DNA from: Camelus dromedarius
Taxonomy: Eukaryota
Direction of reading: 5' to 3'
NCBI RefSeq assembly: GCF_036321535.1
Contig: NC_087437.1
Coordinates: 109,184,001 to 109,248,000 of the forward strand
Length of the DNA stretch: 64,000 nucleotides
This document shows, in pieces, positions 1 through 11,624 of this stretch. The notes beneath the pieces were generated by a model. The model was given only the letters and a program-made list of their open reading frames with translations. It was not told the origin of the DNA and made no database searches. Every line of letters begins with the position of its first letter. Positions within the stretch are counted from its first letter, which is position 1. The translations under genes were made by a program, and so were the position numbers.

Positions 1-420
1 TCATCTTTTCCATCTGGGCCTCTTTGACCCTCCTGAGCTAAAGACTTTCTAATCTGAGAATCTAACCAACACACATTCTAAAACCACAGAGGAGATGACA
101 CAAGAAAGACTTCAGAAACGCTTTTATCCTGTTTTTAAGGCCTATACCCAGGACATTTTCTCCTGATTGTTCTTTAGTTATCAAAGCTGCAAGTTAGTTA
201 TTAAAGTCACACTTTATGCCTTCGATAGATATGCTTGCAAATGAAAATGTTACCTGTACGAATTACACCTTTTAACTTACCTTCAGCAGGTCTTGTGGCG
301 AAATCTTTTTCTCTCAGTGAGGAGGACAGTTTGTACTATTTTACTGACAGTTTCTCACCTGCTTCATCTTGGGACTCATTGTCTGCCTTTCGAACTTGGC
401 TAACTAGGCATGAGGGTCTG

Positions 421-1179
421 TGTGTGGGTTTGGGGGTGGTTCCCTACATCAACAAGAGGCAATTCTCAGAACACCAGCTTGTGTCCTGCAATTCAACTCT
501 GATACTATCTACCCAGAAATTCCACAAATTAAGCTCCTCCTTCCCCAACTTCAGATGCCAGTTTTCACCTGTGCTTCTGACCCACTGGCTATAGATTGGA
601 GGTTCCCACAAACCCCTCCTTGAGTATGATTAATTTGCTAGGGTGGCTCACAGAACTCAGAGAAATGTTTTACTCCTTAAATGACTGGTTTATTATGGAA
701 GGGTATAACTCAGGAGTAAGCAGATGGAAGAGACGCATAGGGCAAGGCATGGGGGAAGGCCATGGGACTTCCAGGTGCTCGGGGAGCGCCGCCCTCCCAG
801 CGCCTCCATGTGTTCATCAACCTGGAAGCTCTCCAAACCTGCCCTTTTGGTTTTTATGGAAGCTTCATTACATGGACCTGATTGATTAAATTATTGACTA
901 TTGGTGATTGAAGCCAACCTCCAGTCCCTCTCCCCTTTTCTGAGGTGGGGGCAGAGATGAGATTGAAAGTTCCAACCCGCAAATCACATGGCTGGTTCTC
1001 CTGGCAAGCAGCCTCTGTCCTTTGGTTATCTAGGGACTTTCCAAAAGTCACCTCATTAACATAACAAAAGACATTAGTCACTCTCATCACTTAGGAAATT
1101 CCAAGGGTTCTAGGACCTCTGTGCCAGAAATGGGATGAAAGCCAAATATATATTTCTAATTAGAAATCACAATATCACA
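421..1179 (-). mobile_element. MER21-like ERVL LTR
   Basis: Ends ...aaatcacaatatcaca (reverse of the TGTGATATTGTGATTT start). Internal motifs such as attaatttgctagggtggctcacagaactcag resemble the MER21 consensus. Confidence 0.75.
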
Positions 1180-1298
1180 GGGTACAATTCTTGCAATGGA
1201 GCAGAGCTGAAGTCTAGACCTCGGACACTTTAGAACAGGGCTCTCATGAGTTGAGCTCACCAGCCGCAGGATAAATATATGTATCCTATATAAATATC

Positions 1299-1354
<56 letters not shown>
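1299..1354. repeat. (TCTA)14 microsatellite
   Basis: Perfect tetranucleotide run, read directly. Confidence 0.97.
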
Positions 1355-1355
<1 letters not shown>

Positions 1356-3569
1356 GTTTTTAATGTGTGTGCATGCACTGTAGTTTGCAAAGAACTGGTA
1401 TAGAAAAGCAAATGCATAGGATGATTAATGAAACTGAATTTTAAGTGGCTTCTCATTATATATTTGCTGATGATAGAAAATTTTCCTTTCTGGAGTAGAG
1501 TGTAAACCTCCAGGCAGGAAAGAACCATGGACTATTATTTTCCTTCTAATCTACATAAATAAGAGACCCTAAACTGTGCTTTCCTAAATTCACCATGCAA
1601 ATGCTCCCGAGATGGAACTGTTATAGACCCAGAATATTTATTTAATAGCAGTTGCTGCAGGGCGTGATTTCTGAGTTCAATGGACCAGAATCCCTTCCCC
1701 CTTCCCACCCCTCCCCCTCAAGTTTTATTTCTCGAGTGTAGCATACCATCTGCCTTAGAAGCACACAAAAGGATTCATTTCAATTATCAGAAATTTCAAA
1801 TCTCTTTCCTGCTTCTTTTAGGGGCTCCTTAGAAAGTTTAAAATACTCCATCTGGACTGGTGATAATAGGTATAAATTTATGCATTATAATCTGGATGTC
1901 TTTTCATTTTGTTCGATGGTAATAACGGTGTAGATCTACTTTTTTTTTTTTTTTTTAATAAAAACATATCTAGCAGACTCTTGCTTTCCTTTTGGTGGAG
2001 AGTTTTAACTGAATCATTATAGGACCCTGTTTCCCAAACAAGGCACAATGAAAGAAAGCTTTAGTGGTTTTCCTTATCACTAGAATCTATCCCCTCTCCC
2101 ACCAGTAAAACCTAGATGGAACCCTGTCTGTGTCATTCAATGATCTTTCCTCATGTTAGTTGTCTGTTACAAGAAACTGTAGATAAGTTAATAGGAAATA
2201 CACTTTTTGTTTACAAAAACAATTCAGTTGCCCAACACGGGACTGTCTTGTGCCGTGGTGATTAGCAGACAGGATGGATAAAGCTTAGAACATTATTCAG
2301 CTCCTAAATGAAGGTCACGTTCCCCGTGCTGGTTTTATGTGCATGTAAAGGATGGCAAGTGCCTCATTCTTTCACTCTCACACAACAAAGAGCTTTGCTA
2401 AATATGATGATAATTAGTCAATTAGGAAGGTAAAAGTTGCCTGTAAATATAGTATTGAAACATTTTCAGTAAGTATTATGAAGAGTACATTATCATTTAG
2501 TCTAGTAGTAGTTTAAGTAGAGACTGCATAAAAATGATGCAAATGGAAACCAGTTCGAAACTCTTGATGTTAAAAATAATAATAATGAAGGACCTGCTTA
2601 TCGAGCTCCCTGATTCACCCAAAGAAGAGCTTCAAGGCTTCAGCAGCCAACTAAAAAGAATAAAAAAAAAAAAAAAATGAGAGTTATGGCAATGTATTCA
2701 TTTCTGTGAAAGACTGTTTTAATAGCAGTGAGCCGTGAGGTGGGGGAGAAGTGGCTGGAGTTTTAACAATAGCATGGTTGCTTCATTTAATCGCAAGAAT
2801 AAATCTCTCCTTTTGTCAACATGTGGAAAGTCATCCTTAAGTTAACTTGATGACATCAGGCAGAAAGTGCAGCTGTCCCGTGCTCAAAAATTAAAAACAG
2901 CAGAACAATCCAACAGACTTAATCCTAGATGCCAAAGGTGACAGAAGGAGCACTTGCATGTCAGAAAACTGGGTGGTTTTCACCTCTTACAAGAGGCTGA
3001 AATAATGCTTTAAGTTTGTATTATTATATATATGAGTTGCAGCTAAGAAGTTTAACAAAGAATTGCATTGAAGTTAGCCCTTTATGGGAACTTCTTATTA
3101 ACTCTGTGTTAAACAGTAGATAAACTTCTTTATGCACTGGCAAAAGTGAAGGAAATCCCTGCACAATCCCTCACCCTTTTTCAGACAAATAAACACACAA
3201 ACACCTAAAGACCTCCAACCGAAGGCCAGCAAGCCAAAGCCAAGCCCCAAATATCTCAGAGCCTTTTGCTTTAAGGATCCAAGCAAGTAGCAGAAACCGC
3301 AGGAGGTATGTTTTAAATACCCATCGCAAGCTTAGCGTTAGACTGTTAGCAGTTTGTGAACAGAGAACCCTTTTTCTTTTCTCACGTTTACAGAGCCTAG
3401 TGGAGTATCTTTCTTAAGATAGGCATGCTGCAGGGGTACATGAATGATTGCATGACTGCATGAGGGAAGCCATTCTGGGAGGACTCCAGGCTTCAGGACA
3501 CCTCTCAAAAGGGACCTTGGTATTTTTATGTGGGTGGAATATGATTCAAAGGAACAACAAATGCTCTCT

Positions 3570-3686
3570 TTAAAATGAAGCTAATAATAGCATCTCCTAC
3601 ACAGGGTTTTGTGAATAATGTATATAAAGCTCTCCAAACCGTGCTTGGCACATGGCTGATGCTATATAAGTGTTGGTTATTATTAG
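3570..3686 (+). mobile_element. MIR 3' fragment
   Basis: aatgtatataaagc...gtgcttggcacat...ataagtgttggttattatt resembles the MIR tail. Confidence 0.6.
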
Positions 3687-3824
3687 TGTATTACATTGAA
3701 GGGGAAAAATTAACCCAAGTGTAACTTGCAGCCTGAAGGGATTTAGAAAGGGAGAGCATATAGTTCTTACTGCCCAGGAGACAGTAACCACTGCATTTTG
3801 ACCTTCCTGGGTTCTGGACACTTG

Positions 3825-4050
3825 CCTTGGAGGGCCCCTTCCTTCATTAAAAAAAAAAAAATGATATTTTCTGATTATGTTGGTATAAAGATGAACACAA
3901 TCCAGGCTGGATTAATTATTATTATATATTCATTATTATTATATTCATACTTTCTTCTGATTTAAAAGGTATAAAATTAAGACACTGTTGTGGGCCCCTC
4001 AAAGCTTCATGGGTCCTAGGCACTGTGTACCTAGTGAATAAAAGGGCCTA
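3825..4050. mobile_element. Non-autonomous hAT-Tip100-like DNA element (ORSL-like)
   Basis: AT-rich core flanked by gggcccc motifs, with end gggtcctaggcactgtg...gaataaaagggcc. Subfamily uncertain. Confidence 0.45.
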
Positions 4051-4104
4051 AGGAAGTGAGATTTTCAGAGAGAGAGTGGTAGACTGTCCTTATACGGAGT
4101 AGCT

Positions 4105-4331
4105 CAGAACCCAGTTTCCCAGTTAAATTCCAGGATCTGCCATTTACCAATGGAGTGATTTCACTTAATTTATTTAAACTCTCTAAATATTAGTTTGCTC
4201 ATTTATAAATATGAGGTGTAAAATCCTACAATATACTCATAGGATTACTTGTAAGGGAAATGAGATTATTCATATAAAGCCCTTAGCATGGTTGCTGGTA
4301 CATGGGGAGCATTCAGTAAGTGTGAGCTATT
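4105..4331 (+). mobile_element. MIR SINE
   Basis: Core agtttgctcatttataaatatgag and tail cttagcatggttgctggtacat...cagtaagtgtgagctat. Confidence 0.75.
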
Positions 4332-6209
4332 TTGTTTTCAGCTTATGCCTTAGTGTGTTTTAAACATCAGTGTCTCCTCTCCACTTTATGCCCATGTCTC
4401 CTCCTACCTTTGGAAAACTTCCAGCTTTCTCTGGATTTGGGGTCATGGTCCAGATTTTTCATACCTTAAGCAATGGTGATTATCATTATTCTGGAGTTTG
4501 AAAGATTCAAAGATGTTGATGATTTGATTCAAGAACTCACAGTGTTCATACATCTTTCTGGGTCCTCACCCTACCCTTCAATCTTTATATATCTTTATAT
4601 CATCTACAACACTTGGCCCTGGGCTTGGTACCCAGAGGATGCTCATTAAATGTTTGCTGAAATGAAATGCCTTAGAGTGAGAGACATTTGACACAAGAGA
4701 CTAAGAACACAGTGTTGCCTCATAAAGGTCTCTGCTAACATGGAGTGGAGCACTTGAGCACGCTAGGAAAACAGTCCACAGAAACACTAGCATTTTGAGA
4801 TTTTAGATTCAAACCCATGATCAGGACATTACAGAAAGAGGAGACTATTCCTATGGTGTCTCATTTCTGGGCAGAGCTGCCTCTGTTAACAGGTGCAAAA
4901 TATAGAAATTGTCTTATTCCCTCTTCTCAGAAAACCTGTCTTCTTTTTGGAAAGGTGATCCATTGAAGCCCACTATTTCTGTTAAAATACACACAGTGAG
5001 GAAAAGAGGATCAATGAAACTGATCAGGAAAATCAATTTTGGTGGCAGATGGAATGACAGACATCACGGCCAAGTTCTCCTCCCACAGAACTGCACGTCA
5101 TCTCATTGGAAAGAGACAAATCTCCACCCGGAGTTCGTATAAAAAACAAAACCCAGAGATAATTAAGAAAACTTAATTCAAACAGTTTTACTCTTCTCTA
5201 CTGCTGAAATTTTAGCCAGAACTAGTTCCAAGGAGAAAAATCATCTCATTGGAATCATGTAGCAACATACTTCATTTTCTTGAATAAAATGACCAAAAAT
5301 TAGTAAATGAAGAAACAAAGGATATCAATGAGTTAATTCAATAATTACCTTCAGAAGAATGCAGGGTTATTTGTAATCTTCTTTTTTTTTAAAAAAAGTA
5401 AGTAGTTATATTTGCTTTTGTCTTACGATGGACCTTGTGCGTTTTGCCAGTGGTTGAAGGAGATCAGCGTATCATGGTTATCCTGCAAGATGAGGTTCCA
5501 TACCCACCATCAGTGAGTGGGTGTTCTTTCTCTCATGCCACATTAGGTTCTACCTTATCAGAGGTACAGGAATTTAGGTGTTTTAATGATGATTTTAAAA
5601 GAGTGTCATTAATTAAGCGGACGCTTTGCAGGGCTGCCTCAACTTTAAGAGGATTCGTGGAGGGGACTTTTTGACAAGCACAGGTTTTTTTGGATCATGC
5701 TGAGCTGGGTAGGGTATTGAAAGTCTAATGAAAACTCTGATTTCATGGAACTATGGGTAGAAGGGGTTGGGGAGGACTGATGAATGTGGTTGTAGTTTTT
5801 TTTTTTCCTGGAATATTGCTGACTTAATCTACATTTTAAAAAATTGAACTGTTTATCAAATGTTTGTCTCCCAATCAATATTGAAAGCTATTGTTTTACT
5901 TCTCACCACACTGTCGCCCCCAGTGTTTAGGATAGAAAGAGAATTCTCCAGTGGGGTTGTCACAGAGTATAACTACTCGTGATGTATGACAAAGCTTACT
6001 TTAAGTCCTTTGCTAAAAGCATGTGTACAATGCTTGTGTAACAACCGGGTATACGTAATAAAATGTTTGGCCTATAAAAAATTAAAAAAAAATTAAAAAG
6101 ACTGCCATTAATGTGACTGTGTTGTCAGCATCCAGGACACCGTGTTGACCTTGGTCTTCTCCTTTCCCACGGTGTGTCTTCATCCTTCACTACCACTCAT
6201 CTTTCCAGA

Positions 6210-7355
6210 GCCCTCAGCTATTGGATTGCCTAAGGATCCTTTTCTAAGCTTTCTTCTCCTCTCACTCCATATGTTTTCCTCTGAGGTCTCATTTACTTGT
6301 ATGCTTATGGCTCCTGAAACTTCATCTCTAGTCCAGAACACTCTCTGAAGTCCCAGCTAGAATATCCAATTGTCTACTTAACATCTCCAATTAGAAGATT
6401 TCTGGGCAACCGAAATTTAACCCAGTTCAAACTTGATTAATTGTCTTCCTGCCCCTTCTCCCGCTTCAAAATGTGTCTTTTTCAAGTTATTGCTGTCTCA
6501 GGGGATGGTGATCACCATCATTCCATTTGTCAGGCAGTAGGGTGTCACCCTTGACTATTCCCTCCCTCACCCTGAGTCCAAACACCACTGGGTTGTTGGC
6601 TCTGCCTTTTAGACACCTCTGCTGTTCATCCACTTGTCTTTCCCCACACTGCCACAGTCCTAGTCCATGCTATCACTGATTTTTTTCTTAGATAACCTCA
6701 TGGCCTCATACTTGGGCTCCTGGTAGCCCTTTATACCCCACTTCTCTGTAAAGGAGAACTTGCTGAAGTACTGATTTTTTTCCCCCCAAACCTGGTTCTG
6801 ATCACATCATTCCCTGACTAAAGACATTCAGTGTGTCCTTATTACTCTTAGGAAAAGAACAAGTTTTCGCCAAAGCTTATGTGAACCTTCTACTTTGCTA
6901 GCTTCACTTCCATGGAGCCTGGAGTGGGTACCCTCTGTGACACTCAGCAGCGTGGGACGCCCAGTAGTCTTGCCTCAGCTAAATGGTCCACCTGCATCAA
7001 AAGTTCTCTTCTTTGTTACCTTGCTGCAGCCATTAAGTTTTTTTTTTTTTTAATGTTTTCTGAAGATGCTTTGTTGTTTTGCTCAAACATAGATGTTTTC
7101 ATTTAAACTATTGTTCAGCTTTCATAGCTTTCCTTAAATGTGACTTGCCTGGTGAGACTTCTCTGAACTCCCTTTGTTTATACTCGATAGGATCCTGAAT
7201 TTCCCTTCTTGGTAGATTTACAATCAGAATTGTAATTATTTGTTTAATATCATCTCCATGAGGGGAGAGACTGTTTCTGTCCCCCAAACTTAGAATCTGG
7301 TCAGGCATGCAGCAGTTGCTCTGTAACTTTGTGAAATGAGTGAAAGAATGAATAT
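6210..7355 (+). mobile_element. L2 LINE fragments
   Basis: Pyrimidine-rich L2 motifs (tatccaattgtctacttaacatctcc; ctgatcacatcattccctg) and a tail ending tgagtgaaagaatgaat. Interrupted. Confidence 0.65.
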
Positions 7356-7805
7356 ATAACAGAAAGAAGAAATATAAGGCAAGTTTTGGGAAAGACAGTT
7401 GAACATTCTGATTAAGTATAAGGTCATCTTTATATCTACATATTTCTTTAGTTTAATAAATGCCAAAATAAGAATTTCCATTCTAGGGTAAGGAAATTAT
7501 TGCAAGTCAGTTACATCTATTGGAATGAGTTTTGTCTAATTATCAGGAGACCTGGGTTGTGTTGCCACTAACTAGCTCTGATCTTGGTTAAGTCACAAAA
7601 CATTTTTGCACCTTGGTATCGTACATTGAAAATGGAAATAAAATAGTTATCACCTGCCTCTTTGAAGTAAAATTACAATTGTGACAGTACTTTAAAAATG
7701 GAAAGGCAGTCAATTAATAAGATTATCTCGGGAAAAGCTTATCTAAACTCACAATCTTTGCATTCTTATTGTATAGCAAAGGGAGCTGTCAGTTTTGCTC
7801 ATAGT

Positions 7806-8213
7806 CCACTGTTTTTCAACATGTGGCTGTTGGACCACCTCTTCATTTAGGTGTATGAGAGATAAATTAGACCCCATATTTCTGGAACTCCTGTGAAGAT
7901 TTTCTGAATTAGAGTCTCAGGTAGGGGGTCCCAGGGAAATCTGTTTCTCCCTTCCCTTCCTTCCTTCCTTCCTTCCTTCCTTCCTTCTTCCTTCCTTCCT
8001 TCCTTCCTTCCTTCCTTCCTTCCTTCCTTCCTTCCTTCCTTCCTTCCTTCCTTCCTTCCTTCCTTCCTTCCTTCCTTCTTTCCTTCCTTCCTTCTTTCCT
8101 TCCTTCCTTCCTTATCTATCATCTAGCTAGCTACCTACCTACCTACTATCTACCATCTCTATAAAAGCTCCCAAAGTTATACTTAGGCATATACTAAAAT
8201 TTGAGAATCACTG
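7806..8213. mobile_element. MER5-type hAT-Charlie element interrupted by a microsatellite
   Basis: Start ctgtttttcaacatgtgg, middle ttctgaattagagtctcagg...gaaatctgttt, end aaaagctccca...aaaatttgagaatcactg. Confidence 0.65.
7949..8150. repeat. Compound microsatellite (TTCC)n then (TCTA/GCTA/CCTA)n
   Basis: About 165 bp near-pure TTCC run followed by tetranucleotide variants. Confidence 0.97.
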
Positions 8214-9193
8214 TTTGTCTTCCTTCATGTGGTCGCCCTCAGTTGGGAAGTCCTATGTTTGTGTCCTACCTATAGGCTTCACAACTTTCAAGACTCATCT
8301 TAACTCGCTCACTCCACCTTGAAGCTTTCTCTGATTATTCCAGGAGTTCTCAGTGCACTTCTTTTTGCTGATCTTTTGAAGTACTTAAAATTCAACAGAT
8401 TTATGCTGGTATGTTTTTCAAACTAATTGTTCCTGTGCTAGTCTTACTCCTTCAAATAGATTTTGAGTTACATGAAGTGCAGAAATCTGCCTTATTCCAT
8501 ATGCCCTCCAGTGTCTGGCGAATGTTGAGCTCAGAGTAGGTGCACAAAATTTGAAGGGAGAAGCCTGGAAGAGAGACCTTTCAATAGATGGAGAAACTGT
8601 AAAATCCTCTTGTCCATTCCTCTCTCTCTGGCTGTGCTTGTTTACCCTGGCATTTCATTAGACAGCTACAGTGTGTTTAAAATTCCCTGCTTAGCTCTTT
8701 ACAAATCTAACAAAAACACTAGGCAGAACACAAATTTAGCTCCTGGTAGAGGGTCTCCAGATGCAGATTTACAGCATGTAGGAAGATTTCCAAGAGCTTT
8801 AGCAGAAGGTGTGATGTGTTGGGTATTAGTTTTTGAGGCTGATTATAAAAGTCATTTTCTGGCTGTGATTTTGTAATCTTCCTTACAGGAGAGCTATGGC
8901 CACTTCTGACAGGATGCTCAGTGTGTAACAGCCACATCAGGGCGTCTTTCTTTATCAATCATGAATTCGTTTTTTCTTTGTGTTGCTTAAAAAAAACCTA
9001 TTGAAAGAAAAGGTAAAATAGGATTTGTACTGGTTTGAGACACAGATAAAGAATACTTGCAAAAAACTATTTTGAAGGGATTATAAGAAAAGGACAAAAA
9101 ATCTTTTCTTGTTTTAAAGATACTAAATTTACCAAGGTGTTCTGTTTAGAGTTGCTCTGGTAAGCAGACGAATTCCCAGGGACTCCTGTAGTG

Positions 9194-9194
<1 letters not shown>

Positions 9195-9240
<46 letters not shown>
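9195..9240. repeat. (TG)23 microsatellite
   Basis: Perfect dinucleotide run. Confidence 0.97.
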
Positions 9241-9243
<3 letters not shown>

Positions 9244-11281
9244 ATTGAAAGTCCTTTGAGGCAGTGGGAGTGAGGGAGACTGGAAATCAGCAGAATCCAA
9301 CTGCCATTTGTTATTTTGCTGTTGAGAAACCTCCTACAAGCAATAAGGTGGTTATTAAGATTTTAATCAGAAATTTTCTGTGTGACTGAGGGCCAGGTCA
9401 CAGAATTTGCAACCCAAGTATGTAGTTCCCACTTAAATGACTTTGAATTAAAAAATAAAATGATTGTGTTACCTTCAATGTATGAATCTTGATCATATTT
9501 TCATTTTTCTGATCTCATTTTAATCCTCATAACACTTCTATGAAGCAAGTAAGCAAGAATGACTGTCTCCAAGGAGAACCATAATCCATGCTATCATTCA
9601 AAATTTCTCCCAGTGATTTGTTTTATAACATGCTGACAGTGCCAGCTCCCCTCTTCTGTGCCTGCTTAGAAGTGTCAAGAATAGGTATAAAAAATACATG
9701 TCTTTTAACAATCCTGTGCTATAAGTTTAATTAATATGAAAAAGTGCATATTATATGCATTAAGTACAATTGGGGTCTCTCTTGCCACTCTGGATGGGGG
9801 GCAAATGATATGCTCCATTGTTGCCTGATAAGCATATGAAACTTAAAGGGTCCTTTTGAGATCTGGCCCAAGGTGACCCTCTGTCCCAGTCCACATAAAG
9901 AATGCTGAAACTGCTTTTGCTAAAGAATGATCTTATATAGGGCCCCAAATCACACAAATATATACTATGGCTGCTGAGAATTCCGAGGGACCTTTCCTTA
10001 TAAACCCACTCATTCTCACCCAGGAAACCTCGGGGTGTGCCTGCTTTATGGGGCAGTCTGCCAGTTATTGTCAAGCACCTTGGACAGGCTGCCTTGGCTT
10101 CCCTCCCACATGTGCTTTGAGCACCTATTTATGGATTTGGCCTTCTTGCCCTTGGACACTGTAGGCTCTGCTTTCTGGATGCAGGAAGAGAGCCACCTCT
10201 GGGGACCTGCTGTGTCTCTGGTACTGCCAACCGAGATGCCGGGCACTTGTGCTGTGATCTGTGACACGTAGGGCCAGCATGAGCGGCTACTCAGTCAAGT
10301 CCCTCCCATGCCCAATGCCCAAGCAGTCCCTTGCTGGCTCCACTAGAGGGCCAAGAGTCCTTCAGGGGTTTCCCTGAACCCCAAATCCTTCTCTTCCTTT
10401 TCCTAGGCTTTGCAGAGACTCATTTCTGGTCCCCATGTGTCCCTTAAAGGCCTTTTTGCCCTCAAGGTCTTCCAACCTGTCTCATCTCATTGTATTCTTG
10501 GGCTGTAAACTCTGACTCTCGGCTTACAGCTGGAAAAGAAGCCAGACCAGGAGAGAGTAGCCTGCCACGGAGCTGGGATTCTGTTCAAGTCTGTCTAATG
10601 CCCAAATGCACGCTTTTAACCACAGCCTCAAAAGAAAGAAAATCTATTTGCCTGAGATTTTGTTTATTTCTCTTTTGATGACCAAGGGTGGAGGGGGGCA
10701 CGGTAGAGGGAGAGCCTTTTGTTGTTGGTGGAGTTTTTTTAGGTTGGAAGGAATTCAGATATGTTTTTGCCCCAGAGCAGAGCCTGACAACAGAGGCGTG
10801 GCGTCAGTGAAAACGCTGAGAGCATCTGGGATTCTAAACCTGCAGAGACCTCACAATCCTTGCGCTGAGAGTTCAGAAACAAACTAGAACAACAGGCCTT
10901 ACTCTTTTCAACTTATGGGTGGTTTATTTTGCATGTTGAGCGTCAGGTTAGAGTGAATTGAGTTGCAAAGTGAGTGAGTGATGGAGTGAAAGAAAATCTG
11001 TTAATTTTAGGTATAATCATAGGCTGTCTAACAAGTGTCTATAATATTAGCAAGCAGAATTGTAAGAAATGCAGTCTTTAACTTTAAGGAATGTAAACAA
11101 GAAGGTCTGGCAAGAGGAGCCAGCTGAATCCTAGGACTGTGCTCAGCTAGGGCTTGGTTGTTTATGGTTACAGGTGACAAATCCCCCCAGCTCCCAGTTT
11201 CTATGTGCCTGAGATTTTATTTATTTTTTTGGTTGAATTAAGTGGGAGAATGTGTTGAGGACTCAAGGGTGGGATGGAGCT

Positions 11282-11624
11282 GTTTTTGTTTCCTAGAGCT
11301 GCCACAACTTCCCATAAACTTAGAGGCTTAAAACAACAGAAGCTTATTCTCTCCCAGTTCCAGAGGCCAGAAGTCCTAACTCAAGGTGTCTGCAGGGCTC
11401 CATTGCCTTCGGAAGCTCTAGGGGAAGATCCCTCCTCACCTCTTCTTGCCTCTGGTGACTCTTGCTACGGCAGCATCTCTCCAACCTCTGCCTCCATCAT
11501 CACATCTTCTCTCCTGCATCTGCAAAGATCAACAAAAGATCTATGTCCCAATAAGATCTTATTCATGGGTAGTAGAGGTTAGGACTTAGACATGTCTGTT
11601 TTGGGAGACACCATTCACCCCAAT
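11282..11624 (-). mobile_element. MLT1 (B/C-like) MaLR LTR
   Basis: ggcttaaaacaacagaagcttattctctcccagttccagaggccagaagtcc, characteristic of MLT1 in reverse orientation. Confidence 0.8.

Noticed and set aside
2600..3000. Possible enhancer (TGACATCA, CAGCTG motifs in repeat-free DNA)
   Set aside because: Only short motifs expected by chance. Conservation data would be needed.
7847..8122. ORF with RKEG repeats
   Set aside because: Translation of the (GGAA)n microsatellite.
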